Under the pieces are notes generated by a model. It was not told where the DNA came from. It did no database searches and saw only the letters and a list, made by a program, of their open reading frames with translations. Shown piece after piece: positions 1 through 9,689 of a DNA stretch of 26,057 nt (the stretch's first letter is position 1; every line of letters begins with the position of its first letter). The DNA comes from a virus (lineage: Duplodnaviria; Caudoviricetes), in the IMG/VR virus record IMGVR_UViG_3300005805_000417, positions 1-26,057 of that record, one strand, 5' to 3'. A program made the translations under genes and the position numbers.

Positions 1-1
1 C

Positions 2-2407
2 GCGGCTGCGGTACTTGTTGAAAGCCTCGACAAAGCCACGCACGCCCATCGGGAGCTCGGGGCTGGCACGCGGGTCACGCGCTGCCGGGTCGTACAGGCG
101 CTCGATGCCGGCCACGATGGAGCTGGTGCCAATCATCGGAGAGCCGCCGATCGCAAAGGCACCGAACTGCTTGGCCAAGCCGTCGACGATTTTCTTGCCG
201 TCGACCTGTCCCTGCTGGTTGGTGCCGATCAGCTTGGCCACATCAGCCACGCCCTGCAGATACGGCTGCTCTTTCAGGTATTCGTACAGGCCATAGGTCG
301 CACCAAGGAAAACTTCCTCGACCTTGCTGGCGTCCGGCTCATGCTTTGCGTACTCGGCATAGTCGGAGGCGATCGCCATCAAAGCAGAGACCGGCTCCAT
401 GCCGCTGTAGCTGTACCAGGTATCGCCGACCTTCATGCTGTACGGCTGCCAGCCGTCGCGCATCGCAGCCTCGCGGTCTGCTTTGCGCTCTGGGCCACGT
501 CCGGTCAGCACGCCTTCTGATGCCAGCATTGCATACGTCGCCAGCATGCTTGAGCCCAGCGTCACCTTGGCCAACGCCATGTCGCGCTGGATGCCGCCGG
601 CTGCAATCTCGTCACGGAAGCGGGAGGAGAGCGGAGCGAACGGCGTGCGCTCGACTACGTTGAGCCCGATGTTGGCCGGCGTCTTGAAGAACGGCACCAC
701 AACCTTGAGCGCCGGGTGATTGAATACTTGCTGCAGCTTGGCCAGAGCAGGGGGCAGGTCGGCGGTAAACGTGCCGCGCTTGGCGAACTCCAGCGCTGCC
801 TCGTCCAGATCCCGCGGCGGGTTGGCCAGCAGGCTGGATGCCTCTGCTTCGGCCTTGGCAACAGCGTCAGCCTCAGTCATGCCGGAGTCGATCGCATCGC
901 GGTAGGTAGACTTGGCGCGGCGGGTGACCTGCGCGTTGATCTCCATGCGGTACATCACGCCCTTGAAGAACTCATCCTCGGACATGAGCGCCCGACCAGG
1001 CAGGGTGACCGCGGTGCCGTAGTAATCCAGCGCCTTGCCGAGCCACGAATTCTGGTCTGCACCGGTCATGCGCTGCAGGGTCTCGCCCAGGCCTTCGGTC
1101 GGCGCACGATCCAGCTCGACCTTGCTGGCCAGATCCATCTGCGGCTGGTTTTTGCGGAAGGCAGTCGACGCCAGGTCAAAGCCCTCGATCAGCCCGTTGC
1201 GAAGCGACTGAACCATCGTCAGCGCCTCGTCCATCGCCAGCTTCTCATCGGCCGCACCAGGCACCAGCGCCTTCCAGCTGCGCACGCCAGCCGGTAGGGT
1301 GTTGGAATAGATCGATGCGATCAGCCGCTCGGGGATCTGATACGCACCAAACATGGCATTCGAGACAATGTTCTTTGCGTGCGATACCGGCGAGGAGAGC
1401 AGGCCGTTGATGTAGGTCGTGAACCAGACATCCTTGACGCCGGACATCATCGAAGCCTCGACCAGCTTGTTTTTGCCGGCACGGGTCTCGATCGACAGGT
1501 ACGAACGCGCCAGGTCGGTCAGCGACTGATCGCCGCCAAACTCGTCCAGGGTTTTACGGATGATGTCTGCGTTGCCTTCACGCGGGATGCGGAAGACAGC
1601 AAGAGCTCGAGCAGTCTCGGTCTGGATACCCTTCACGCCCTTCTGGATCAGGCCATGCAGAGCGATCTGCTGGCGCAGCTTCAGCTTGTCGATGTCGGTT
1701 GCAGCGCCCGAGTCCACCAGCTTGAACAGCTTGTCGAGCTCGTTGGCCGACGACTCCAGCACCTCGAGCGCCTTGTAGGTCTCGACAGCGTTGGCCATCA
1801 TCTTGCCGTCAGTACCGATCAGCCGGTTCAGGAATACTTCATCGATGCCGGACTCGGCAGCCTTGGCCTTGATCTCGTCGAACGTGACCGCCTTGGTCTT
1901 AATCTTTAGCGCGTCAGCCACGCCGCCGATGATCGCTGCAGCATCGTCGGTTTGATAGCGGGGCAGGTTGAACGCTTCTTCAGGGATGCCAGCGGCTCTC
2001 TCAGTCGCGTTGACGCTCGGCTTGCCGATGGTATTGCCCGTCGCCTTGCGTGCGTCTGCGGCCTGTTTAACCGCGTCTGTGAGGGTCTGGCTGGCCTCGG
2101 GGATGACGGTCTTGCTGCCGACCTTGCCGGTGGGCGGCAGCGCATCGTCAGCGGCGCGTGCAGCCTCCGGCACGATGTTGCGCACCGACTTCGGTTTTGC
2201 CTCTTTCAACATCTTGCGAACCGCGCCACCCAGGCCAGCGACCTGCACGCCGTCCATGTTCGGCATGCCTGGCTCGCCCTCCGGCTTCACGTCAAACATG
2301 GTCTCGCCTGTGTTCTCCGCAGGCATGGCCTCAAGCGGCAGCTGGCCAACCGGTTCAGGCGCAGGCGGCAGCAACTGGTCTAGGCGCTGGTTGAGCGGGT
2401 CTGCCAT
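2..2407 (-). CDS. Large internal virion/ejection protein, >800 aa, 3' end outside the window (not in ORF track)
   Basis: Manual translation from ATG 2407 (TAATG overlap with upstream stop): MADPLNQRLDQLL..., open to the window edge. Contains NGLLSSP, SEDEFFKG, VPFFKTPANI and GWQPYSMKVGDTWYSYSGMEP, resembling podovirus large ejection proteins; lies after the tail tubular genes. Confidence 0.85.
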   Translation of the reverse strand, partial: MADPLNQRLDQLLPPAPEPVGQLPLEAMPAENTGETMFDVKPEGEPGMPNMDGVQVAGLGGAVRKMLKEAKPKSVRNIVPEAARAADDALPPTGKVGSKTVIPEASQTLTDAVKQAADARKATGNTIGKPSVNATERAAGIPEEAFNLPRYQTDDAAAIIGGVADALKIKTKAVTFDEIKAKAAESGIDEVFLNRLIGTDGKMMANAVETYKALEVLESSANELDKLFKLVDSGAATDIDKLKLRQQIALHGLIQKGVKGIQTETARALAVFRIPREGNADIIRKTLDEFGGDQSLTDLARSYLSIETRAGKNKLVEASMMSGVKDVWFTTYINGLLSSPVSHAKNIVSNAMFGAYQIPERLIASIYSNTLPAGVRSWKALVPGAADEKLAMDEALTMVQSLRNGLIEGFDLASTAFRKNQPQMDLASKVELDRAPTEGLGETLQRMTGADQNSWLGKALDYYGTAVTLPGRALMSEDEFFKGVMYRMEINAQVTRRAKSTYRDAIDSGMTEADAVAKAEAEASSLLANPPRDLDEAALEFAKRGTFTADLPPALAKLQQVFNHPALKVVVPFFKTPANIGLNVVERTPFAPLSSRFRDEIAAGGIQRDMALAKVTLGSSMLATYAMLASEGVLTGRGPERKADREAAMRDGWQPYSMKVGDTWYSYSGMEPVSALMAIASDYAEYAKHEPDASKVEEVFLGATYGLYEYLKEQPYLQGVADVAKLIGTNQQGQVDGKKIVDGLAKQFGAFAIGGSPMIGTSSIVAGIERLYDPAARDPRASPELPMGVRGFVEAFNKYRSR

Positions 2408-3453
2408 TATTTCTTCTCCTTATCCTGCGCCTTACGAATGAAGACAATGTTTTTCTTGCCGTCACTCACACGCTCAAACTCAGTCTGCAATACTTTCGCC
2501 GACAATCCCTTCATCTTTTTGAGGTCTGCCTCACTGTCGAATGTAATAGACTCGATCGCCTTGGGCGCAAAGACGTTTGCTTTGTACTCGCGGCCAGCAA
2601 GGTCGCCCGTCATCGGTTTGCGGTGCTCCTCTCCGCTGACGGCGTTGGCGCGGAACTGAACCTTGATGCCTTTGTTTGACCCTTGACCGAGCGCCAAGTC
2701 GGCGTTGTCCGTCACAAAAACAGCGGCGTATGAAAACTGATTATCTTGACGCAAGAAATCGGTCAGATTATCTGCACTCATTTCTCTGTAAAGCGGAGCA
2801 TCCGGCGCGATGACAGTAGGCTTGATGCTGCCGGGGCCAACAGGGAATCTGTCAATTGAATCAACACGCGGCCCAGTAGGCACAATGTCCATGATCATGC
2901 CGCTCTTGCGCAGCCCGCTTTCCATCATGTTGGCAGCAGTCGGTGCCAGCGCTTTACCGCCCTTGATCGCAGCCTTGCCGGCGTCGATGTAGCCGCCAGG
3001 CGCGACTACCTCTCCGATCGACTCATACGGGTTCTTGCCGTCGCCAACGCGAGTCATCGGGAACTTATCCAGCCACGCCTTTACCTCGTCAGTAGTTGGC
3101 AGCACGGTGTTCTCATCCACGTTGCCACCCATCATGTTGATCACAGTGCGAGCAATACCCTCAAGGTCACCTGGCGTTCCAACAAAACCTTGCGCTGCGC
3201 CTTTGACGGTTGCAGCACCCATATCAAGCATTGCGCCAAGCGGCTTTTCAAGACCGCCGGCAGCCTGCGATTGCGCCTTGGTCACGCCACCACGACCAAA
3301 CCTCGGCCCTGCATCGGTGCGGGTTGTGCTTGGGCCTGCAGCCAGCTGCATTCCTTCCAGCGACGGCTCGGCCATCGGCTCATCAACAGCCTCGGGAAAC
3401 GCGGCCATCGCCAGCGTGTCCAGATACTTCTGCTCGATCGGGCTGTAGGCCAT
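2407..3453 (-). CDS. Putative internal virion protein with variable, ART-like C-terminal domain (348 aa)
   Basis: Tightly coupled ORF in the ejection-protein cluster; Gly/Ala-rich N-terminal two-thirds; C-terminus with LYR...FVTD...REY. Confidence 0.7.
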   Translation of the reverse strand: MAYSPIEQKYLDTLAMAAFPEAVDEPMAEPSLEGMQLAAGPSTTRTDAGPRFGRGGVTKAQSQAAGGLEKPLGAMLDMGAATVKGAAQGFVGTPGDLEGIARTVINMMGGNVDENTVLPTTDEVKAWLDKFPMTRVGDGKNPYESIGEVVAPGGYIDAGKAAIKGGKALAPTAANMMESGLRKSGMIMDIVPTGPRVDSIDRFPVGPGSIKPTVIAPDAPLYREMSADNLTDFLRQDNQFSYAAVFVTDNADLALGQGSNKGIKVQFRANAVSGEEHRKPMTGDLAGREYKANVFAPKAIESITFDSEADLKKMKGLSAKVLQTEFERVSDGKKNIVFIRKAQDKEKK

Positions 3454-3455
3454 CG

Positions 3456-5225
3456 TTACTCTCCCGCCTGTGTCAGCAGCTGCTCAATGCGAGTTATCAC
3501 GCGCTGCTTGTTAATGTCGTTGCCGGCCTTCTGCTTCAATGCAGCAAGGTTTTGCCGGGTGATGGTGCCGTTAATCCACGGCATCTTTCCGTACACATCG
3601 TCGAGCTGCTTGCGGGCGGCCTTAGCTCCTTCGCTGTTACGCTGCTTGGCAATGCCATCATCCAGTTCTGACAGGATTTCCCGCGGAGTCGGCGGTGCTT
3701 TGCCATCGCGAGCATAGCGAGCTTCGATCTCCTTTGCCTGCGCTACCAGCTCCTGCCGGCGCTTGAACTCTTGCCCCTTGGGGTCGATGACGGTCACGCT
3801 GCCAGGAATGACAGGGATGCCAGCACGCTGCGAGATACCACGGTCGAGCTCGTTCTGATCCTGCTTGTCCTCGCGGTTCAACAGCTTCAGCGCAGCCACA
3901 GCCTGCTTGGTGCCCAAGCCCTGGCGAGTCATCGACCAGATCTGATCGGGGCTGGTGATGCGCCCGTCATAGATGCCGCGCAACACATTAAATTCGACCG
4001 CAGCATTGCCTTCACCCTTGGGCGGCTCGCGCAGGTCTTTGAGCACACCCAGCGGCACAGCCTCTGGATTGGCCATTGCAATGGCTGCGATCTGGTCGGT
4101 CAGCTTCCTGCGCTGCGGGCTACCCTCCGGCAGCGACAGCGCCTGGTCGTACAGCGGAATGAACGACCTCACAGCAGCCGCTTTGTCGTCGGCTTTCTTC
4201 TGCTTCTCAATCGCCTCGCGCTGGTTGACCGCCACCATGTAGTTGGCGGTGACCTTCGCCACTGCGTCGAAGTCAGTCATGATCAGCTGCTGCAGCACCG
4301 GGCTCATCTTGCCAACATCGCCGGCGCGGATCTTGGCCAGCGTCTGCATCGGGTCTGCCATGTAGGCGTCGCTGGTGATCTCCTTGGTCACAGCATTGAT
4401 CTTTGCCGTGCGCAGCGCAGCCTCAAACTTGGTCGAGTATTCTTTCTGCAGGCCAGCGTCACCCAGCAGCAGCGCTTGGTTGGTGATGTTCTTGCGGAAC
4501 ACATCGGCGAGCTCGTCGATTGAATACGCCTGACCGGTGCGCGGGTCGGTGTAGCTGCCCTGCTGCACGGTTGCCTCAAGCAGTCGCACGCTGTTGTCAA
4601 AGTCCATGTCGAACTTGGCGACGCGCTCGTTCTTTGCTCTGGTGATCTCAGCCTGACGTGCGCGATCCATGACGGTCGCACCGTGCGTCATCATGGTCGC
4701 CCTGAACTTCAGAGCGGCTTCTGGATCAACACCGGCCAGCGACTTGGACAGTCCATCAGTCATGGTCGAGATCTTTGTCGCAACCTGATCAGACGTTGCG
4801 CGACCTGCGTCAATCTCGACCAGCAGCTTGGAGAGCTCGTTTCGGCCTTCAATTTCAAAGTGTGACGAGAGTTCAAGGCTGCGAGCCTTGCGCACAGCGG
4901 CATTGAAAAAGCTCGGAAGGTCACCAGACACTTTGCCGATGCCGCCGCCCAGGCCAACAGTCACGCCTTCTTTTGCAAGCTGGATGTCTTCCGGCGTTAC
5001 CGGATTGTTGGCTACAAAGTCCAAGCCTTCCTTGGTACGCAGCTGCGCGGAATACTCGTTAAGACCAGCCGACATCCGGTCAAGGATCTGCGCCATCGTG
5101 TTGTTGACGCCAGCCTCTGCGCGGGCAGCGGTCATGTAGTCAACCTGCTGTGGCACGATCTGCTGCATCGGCACGCCACCTGCGCCTCGCAATGCAACCT
5201 GTCCAGCTGTCAGTCGTGTCGCCAT
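3456..5225 (-). CDS. Internal virion/ejection protein (589 aa, helical)
   Basis: Long Ala/Gln/Lys-rich helical ORF at the position of T7 gp15-like proteins. Confidence 0.7.
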   Translation of the reverse strand: MATRLTAGQVALRGAGGVPMQQIVPQQVDYMTAARAEAGVNNTMAQILDRMSAGLNEYSAQLRTKEGLDFVANNPVTPEDIQLAKEGVTVGLGGGIGKVSGDLPSFFNAAVRKARSLELSSHFEIEGRNELSKLLVEIDAGRATSDQVATKISTMTDGLSKSLAGVDPEAALKFRATMMTHGATVMDRARQAEITRAKNERVAKFDMDFDNSVRLLEATVQQGSYTDPRTGQAYSIDELADVFRKNITNQALLLGDAGLQKEYSTKFEAALRTAKINAVTKEITSDAYMADPMQTLAKIRAGDVGKMSPVLQQLIMTDFDAVAKVTANYMVAVNQREAIEKQKKADDKAAAVRSFIPLYDQALSLPEGSPQRRKLTDQIAAIAMANPEAVPLGVLKDLREPPKGEGNAAVEFNVLRGIYDGRITSPDQIWSMTRQGLGTKQAVAALKLLNREDKQDQNELDRGISQRAGIPVIPGSVTVIDPKGQEFKRRQELVAQAKEIEARYARDGKAPPTPREILSELDDGIAKQRNSEGAKAARKQLDDVYGKMPWINGTITRQNLAALKQKAGNDINKQRVITRIEQLLTQAGE

Positions 5226-5227
5226 GA

Positions 5228-5845
5228 TTAACCCTTATTGCCTTTGTCTTCCATAATGCGCGGTGCCAGATCAATCGCGCCCTTGACCAAGGTTGCTTCT
5301 GCCATGAGCCCACCTTGCCTGCGTACCGCGCTGCCAGCCTGTGTGTACTGTTCGCTCTGGCGTCCAGCAGCAAACAGGTTCAGCATGTTCTGGTACTCGG
5401 TAGACTGCACCATCGCCACCGCATCCTCATAGCCCATGATTCGAGCCGTCAGAGCGTTCAGGTCAGTGATGCCCACATCAAACATCGTCTGCTGCACGTT
5501 CTCGTTCTGCACGGCCTGCACAGAGCCTTCGCCGAGCACCACGCCATTTGCAGCTGCTCGAGCGCGGATCGCAGCATTGGTTGCACGCATGTTGCGCAGC
5601 AGCTGGTTGCCGGCGATCTGGTAATTCTGCGATTCCATCTGCGCTTTTTTCAGCGTGCGGCCAGCTTGGATGTACGCATACATCTCGGAGAACTCAGCAC
5701 GCACCTCGGCCACAGCCAGGTTGTCGCGTGCCTGCAACAGGTAGCCTGTCTGCTGGTTGATGGCCGCAGCCTTCTGCGCTTCAGCCTCGCCATAAGCGCT
5801 GACGAATCCAGCAACCGCAGTAATTTGTCCTGGTGTGATTGCCAT
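5228..5845 (-). CDS. Small internal virion protein (gp14-like position, ~205 aa)
   Basis: Ala/Gln-rich with AAANGVVLGEGS motif; ATG 5845 (MAITPGQ) directly follows the tubular B stop, so it is preferred over 5881. Confidence 0.72.
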   Translation of the reverse strand: MAITPGQITAVAGFVSAYGEAEAQKAAAINQQTGYLLQARDNLAVAEVRAEFSEMYAYIQAGRTLKKAQMESQNYQIAGNQLLRNMRATNAAIRARAAANGVVLGEGSVQAVQNENVQQTMFDVGITDLNALTARIMGYEDAVAMVQSTEYQNMLNLFAAGRQSEQYTQAGSAVRRQGGLMAEATLVKGAIDLAPRIMEDKGNKG

Positions 5846-5846
5846 G

Positions 5847-7838
5847 TCAGGTTCCCGAGTAAACCGCCACGCGGTAGTCAAGGCCGAGCAGGTTCATCTT
5901 TAGTGGCAGACTCTGCGTCACTTCGATCGCCTGCTCGCGGCTGTAGCCCAGAATGCCGTTGACCCGTTTGATGCCAGTGAACGTCGGCACCGGGTCATCC
6001 AGCAGCGGGTTGTCCATCAGCCGGAATGCCACCTCGTTGTTGTTCAGTAGGCAGTGCTGCGTGTCGTCCAGCACCGCGCTGATCTCCACAATCCGCTTCT
6101 TGAAAGACACTCGGCTGCCCGTCTGCAATTTGATCTCGACCGGCATGGTCTTGACGTAAACCGTGATCGGCAAGCCAACCTCGTAGCTGGTTGTGCTCTC
6201 ACGGTCAAACGTCACCGCACCGCCTGCGCTGACAGTCTCGTTACTTTGCGGCACACCATCGGTGATCACGTTCAACGACTTGCCGATGTGCGGAAGGCCG
6301 GAACCGACGCCACCAGCAGAGCCGCCAGTAAATGCGCAATCGGTATACAGATCGTCTTGGAACCGCTCAATAAAGTACCTTGTCGTGCTATTAAACACGC
6401 GCTTGGTCACGACATAGATCTGCGTCACGTCCACGCCGACATCGATGAACTCGCCGTCAGTGGTGTACTCAGACGGTGCCGTGATCTGCTGGCTGCGCAT
6501 AATGGAAAACACCGCCATGCTGCCGTCGGTGGTGTTGGTCATCATCAGCAGGTCAGCTTCTTCGGTGCTGGCAGCGCGTCGCAAGGCGATGCGCTGCGGG
6601 CCTTTCAACAGATGGCCAGACAGCAGCGAGATACGCTGCGTGATGTAGGTCAGCTGGGTGTCGCTGAACACAAACTCGTTGAGCGATTTTCCCTGACGTT
6701 GAATGTAGATACTGCCGGACTCAACCGACTGCACACGCGTGCCAGGCTTGATGCCGTTTCTGCTGACATTCTTGAACGTGAAGGTCAGCGGCGTGATCGG
6801 GTCAGTACCTTGCTGCGGCACAACGAACTCGCCGCCAGTGGTGAACACTTGGAAGTCACGCGACGAGATAACGTCGGTGATCACGTTCAGGTCGTTGGTG
6901 TCTAGGGTTGCTTCGACTGCGTCATCGTCCAGCGATTCGCTCGGCACAAAGTCAAAGAACAGGTTGATCTTTGAGCCCCAGATGGTCGACGGGCGGGACT
7001 TGGAGCCGCCAAAGTACAGCCGACCTTCATGGAAAGTCACCGACCGCGGCCAGCCTTTGCCCGAGCTCCACACATCCTCGTATCCAGTCTCGAGCTCCCA
7101 GCTGCCATTGGCCACTGCCGTCGTGTTGAAGAACGGATATTCAGTGATGGCATCAACCGAGGTCGCTGAGTTGAACTTGACGATCTTTGCTCGACCTTGC
7201 GGGCTGGCGTTGATGTACTGATTGACATGGCCGCTGTTGAACACAGAGGCAGATGCCGTGATAGTGATGTTGCCGGCCACCGCAGACGGCGTGATCGTGC
7301 CGGAAGGGTTAGTTGCTGCCAGCGTGAAAGCGTACTTTGGGATGCTGTCAAAAGTGATTGTGGTAGCAGTCCAGCTCGCATCCGTTGCGCCTCGCACGAT
7401 CTTGACAGGCGCGAGGTCAGGGTGAACGATGATCAGCGTGTCGGCGCTCTGCGTCCAGCACATATCGTCGACCATGCTGCTGGTCACGCTGCTGATCGCT
7501 AGATAGTCATTGCCAGATGCGTTGATGTTTGCGATCCGAGCGCCATTCTTGATGACGTGCATGCGCTGGTGCGTAAAGCACAGCATGTAGCTGTCATCAA
7601 CAGAAAATTGGAACGGCACCAAGCGCACGCCGTTGCCGGCAGACTCGGTGCCGGTATGCGGCAGCTGGTGGATGTGCTTTAAGCCTGGCCGGCGGCGCAG
7701 GCCACCCTGCGGCTGGATCAGCACATTGGTCGCCTTGGCCAGCGCGTTCGGGTAGGACTGCAGGTCAACCCGCGCACGCAGCAAAGGGTCGAGCTCCCCG
7801 GTGCTGAAGTTGGTGGCGAAGTCGACGAAGCGCGGCAT
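5847..7838 (-). CDS. Tail tubular protein B / nozzle (663 aa)
   Basis: N-terminal TNFSTGELDP..R.DL, GGLRRRPG, WTQSADTL, GWPRSVTFHEGRLYFGG; beta-rich; follows tubular A. Confidence 0.88.
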   Translation of the reverse strand: MPRFVDFATNFSTGELDPLLRARVDLQSYPNALAKATNVLIQPQGGLRRRPGLKHIHQLPHTGTESAGNGVRLVPFQFSVDDSYMLCFTHQRMHVIKNGARIANINASGNDYLAISSVTSSMVDDMCWTQSADTLIIVHPDLAPVKIVRGATDASWTATTITFDSIPKYAFTLAATNPSGTITPSAVAGNITITASASVFNSGHVNQYINASPQGRAKIVKFNSATSVDAITEYPFFNTTAVANGSWELETGYEDVWSSGKGWPRSVTFHEGRLYFGGSKSRPSTIWGSKINLFFDFVPSESLDDDAVEATLDTNDLNVITDVISSRDFQVFTTGGEFVVPQQGTDPITPLTFTFKNVSRNGIKPGTRVQSVESGSIYIQRQGKSLNEFVFSDTQLTYITQRISLLSGHLLKGPQRIALRRAASTEEADLLMMTNTTDGSMAVFSIMRSQQITAPSEYTTDGEFIDVGVDVTQIYVVTKRVFNSTTRYFIERFQDDLYTDCAFTGGSAGGVGSGLPHIGKSLNVITDGVPQSNETVSAGGAVTFDRESTTSYEVGLPITVYVKTMPVEIKLQTGSRVSFKKRIVEISAVLDDTQHCLLNNNEVAFRLMDNPLLDDPVPTFTGIKRVNGILGYSREQAIEVTQSLPLKMNLLGLDYRVAVYSGT

Positions 7839-8452
7839 CAGTTCCTCACCGCGATCAGGGTGAAATCTTCAATTGCACGGGTCGGCTGACCCTGCGCATC
7901 AATGTTCATTGCAGTGCGAAAGAATCCACCGCGGCCATTCTCAGACGGGTCGCCTACAGCCTTGCGCTCCCAGCGGATCGACTTATCCTGCTGCTCAGTG
8001 ATCGGCTCGGCGATGTGCCAAGCAATCATGTATTTCATTAGTTGAACGAAATACTGCGGCCAAGCGAACTCGCCCAGGCTGTACTGGTAGTCGATGAAGA
8101 CTGCCTCGAGATTGGTGAGCAGTTGGTCGCCTTGGATCTCCCAGTCCTTTTGGACTGAAGCGCCGGGGCTCGCGGTGTCATACACAGCACGCGGGCCGGC
8201 AAGGCGATCACCCGGCAACTGATAGGCGTATTTCCAGACCGATGTCGGAGCCGTCAGCAGGCGAGCAAGCTGCACCTTCTTTGTGTTGAAGCTCCACGGA
8301 TACATGACCAGCGTGGAGTCACGGATGTCGGGGTACAAGCGGTCGCACACCGAGCTCTCGTCGGTGCCATCGTTGAAAGACGTGATGGCCTTTGCGCCAA
8401 TTAGGAGCAGGGCGTCAGAGCAGATTGTGATTCCGGTATCCCCAGCTGCCAT
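7838..8452 (-). CDS. Tail tubular protein A / head-tail adaptor (204 aa)
   Basis: ICSDALLLIGA..ITSF, YPWSF, WKYAYQLPGD motifs; size and position. Confidence 0.87.
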   Translation of the reverse strand: MAAGDTGITICSDALLLIGAKAITSFNDGTDESSVCDRLYPDIRDSTLVMYPWSFNTKKVQLARLLTAPTSVWKYAYQLPGDRLAGPRAVYDTASPGASVQKDWEIQGDQLLTNLEAVFIDYQYSLGEFAWPQYFVQLMKYMIAWHIAEPITEQQDKSIRWERKAVGDPSENGRGGFFRTAMNIDAQGQPTRAIEDFTLIAVRN

Positions 8453-8467
8453 GTCAACCTCTTAATG

Positions 8468-8505
8468 TGAGAAGGGGCTGGCTCCTGTTTCAGAGACCAG
8501 CCCCT
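8468..8505 (-). terminator. Hairpin, probable leaky intrinsic terminator after the capsid/cement genes
   Basis: AGGGGCTGG (8473-8481) / CCAGCCCCT (8497-8505) perfect 9-bp stem with a weak pyrimidine tail on the minus strand; position analogous to T7 T-phi. Confidence 0.7.
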
Positions 8506-8525
8506 GGTACAGCAGTGACTGCGGG

Positions 8526-8804
8526 TTAGTCGCTGTCGGTAGCCGACAGAGTGGTGCCGTCAGTCACATCGACCACGCCCGAAGCGTTGGAAACGACATA
8601 AACCAGGGTGACAACCGCGGTGGAGCCGGTCGAAGTCACGCAGTGGATTACATCGCCAACCTCAAGGGTGTTGGCCAAGGCGTTAAAGTACCCCTCGGTG
8701 TTCACCGTAGCGATGGTGTCGGCTGTTTTGTAACCGTACATCGACGGCGCATTGCCGCGCTTGGACGCGGAGTAAGTGGCAAAGCCAGCTGCATCAAAAG
8801 CCAT
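8526..8804 (-). CDS. Small capsid-associated (cement/decoration-like) protein (92 aa)
   Basis: Thr/Val-rich beta protein immediately after the major capsid gene; GGAGGG SD upstream. Confidence 0.65.
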   Translation of the reverse strand: MAFDAAGFATYSASKRGNAPSMYGYKTADTIATVNTEGYFNALANTLEVGDVIHCVTSTGSTAVVTLVYVVSNASGVVDVTDGTTLSATDSD

Positions 8805-8820
8805 GATTCAGCCCTCCCTA

Positions 8821-9675
8821 TTAAGCCGCAGCCGCGGTGTCGCGGGCGGTGATCTTCACGATGCCCTCGGAATCGATCGCAACCGAACCTGCCGAGAACA
8901 AAGCGTTGACCAGCCAGCTGGTCTTCTCGGGGATATAGTTGATCTCGGTCTTGGGCGCGATGCCTTCTGCGTAGCCGATTGCATCCTTGTGGAAGGCAAA
9001 CAGGGTACGGTCGTTCGATGCGTCGATCGGCAGGCCGCCTTCGGAGCGGTCACCCAGCACATGGAAAGTGAAGCCCATGTACTGATTGATCTCGCCCTGT
9101 ACCAGCGCCTTGACGGTGTTGAAGTCCGAGCTGGTGACCGAAGTCTGCTCAAGCATCGATGCCAGAGAGTTGGCGTGGATGATGATGTGACGGCCATCAG
9201 CAGGCACGTTCTTGGCGTTCAGGATCTTCGCAGCATCGCGCAGCTTGGCGATGTTCATATTGGTGTCAGTGCCGCCAATGTCGTTGGACACCGTGCCAGT
9301 GCTGGTTGCAGCAACCAAGGCGTCAAGGATCAGCTGATCCTGGCGACGGCCAATTGCGGCACCAACCACTTGGGCGAGCTCAGAGCGCTCGTCAAAGTTG
9401 ACTTTGGCCTGCGAGAAGATGTCCGAATACTCTGCAGCGTTCCAGTCGGACAGCGTGCAGGTAACGGTCGAGAAGCCGACGTTCATCGGCGTAACATCAG
9501 TCTGGGTCACGCGGGCAGTTGCCACGCCACGACCAACTTTCGGGAATTTTACGGTTGCACCTTCGACACCACGACGCTGACGCACAGCGCCTACCAGCAT
9601 TGCCTTGCCCTGGTAAGCCTGTTTGACCTCTGCGTCGAACAGTGTCACAAAGGCGCTGCTCAGAGAGATAGCCAT
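8821..9675 (-). CDS. Major capsid protein (284 aa)
   Basis: FVTLFDAEVKQAYQG, AIGRRQDQLILDAL, SSDFNTVKALVQGEINQYMGFTF; follows the scaffold; GAGG SD. Confidence 0.93.
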   Translation of the reverse strand: MAISLSSAFVTLFDAEVKQAYQGKAMLVGAVRQRRGVEGATVKFPKVGRGVATARVTQTDVTPMNVGFSTVTCTLSDWNAAEYSDIFSQAKVNFDERSELAQVVGAAIGRRQDQLILDALVAATSTGTVSNDIGGTDTNMNIAKLRDAAKILNAKNVPADGRHIIIHANSLASMLEQTSVTSSDFNTVKALVQGEINQYMGFTFHVLGDRSEGGLPIDASNDRTLFAFHKDAIGYAEGIAPKTEINYIPEKTSWLVNALFSAGSVAIDSEGIVKITARDTAAAA

Positions 9676-9689
9676 TTGTAAACCTCGTT

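Noticed and set aside
15-2441. Numerous plus-strand ORFs (93-193 aa)
   Set aside because: Antisense shadows of the long minus-strand ejection-protein gene in GC-rich DNA; no SD sites or recognisable motifs
8805-8840. Programmed frameshift/readthrough extending the capsid protein (T7 10B-like)
   Set aside because: No slippery sequence; tandem TAA TAG stops; the next gene has its own SD
8776-9681. 301-aa plus-strand ORF exactly opposite the major capsid gene (also 6054-6905 and 3771-4523)
   Set aside because: Codon-bias mirror of strongly biased genes; the translation has no protein-like features
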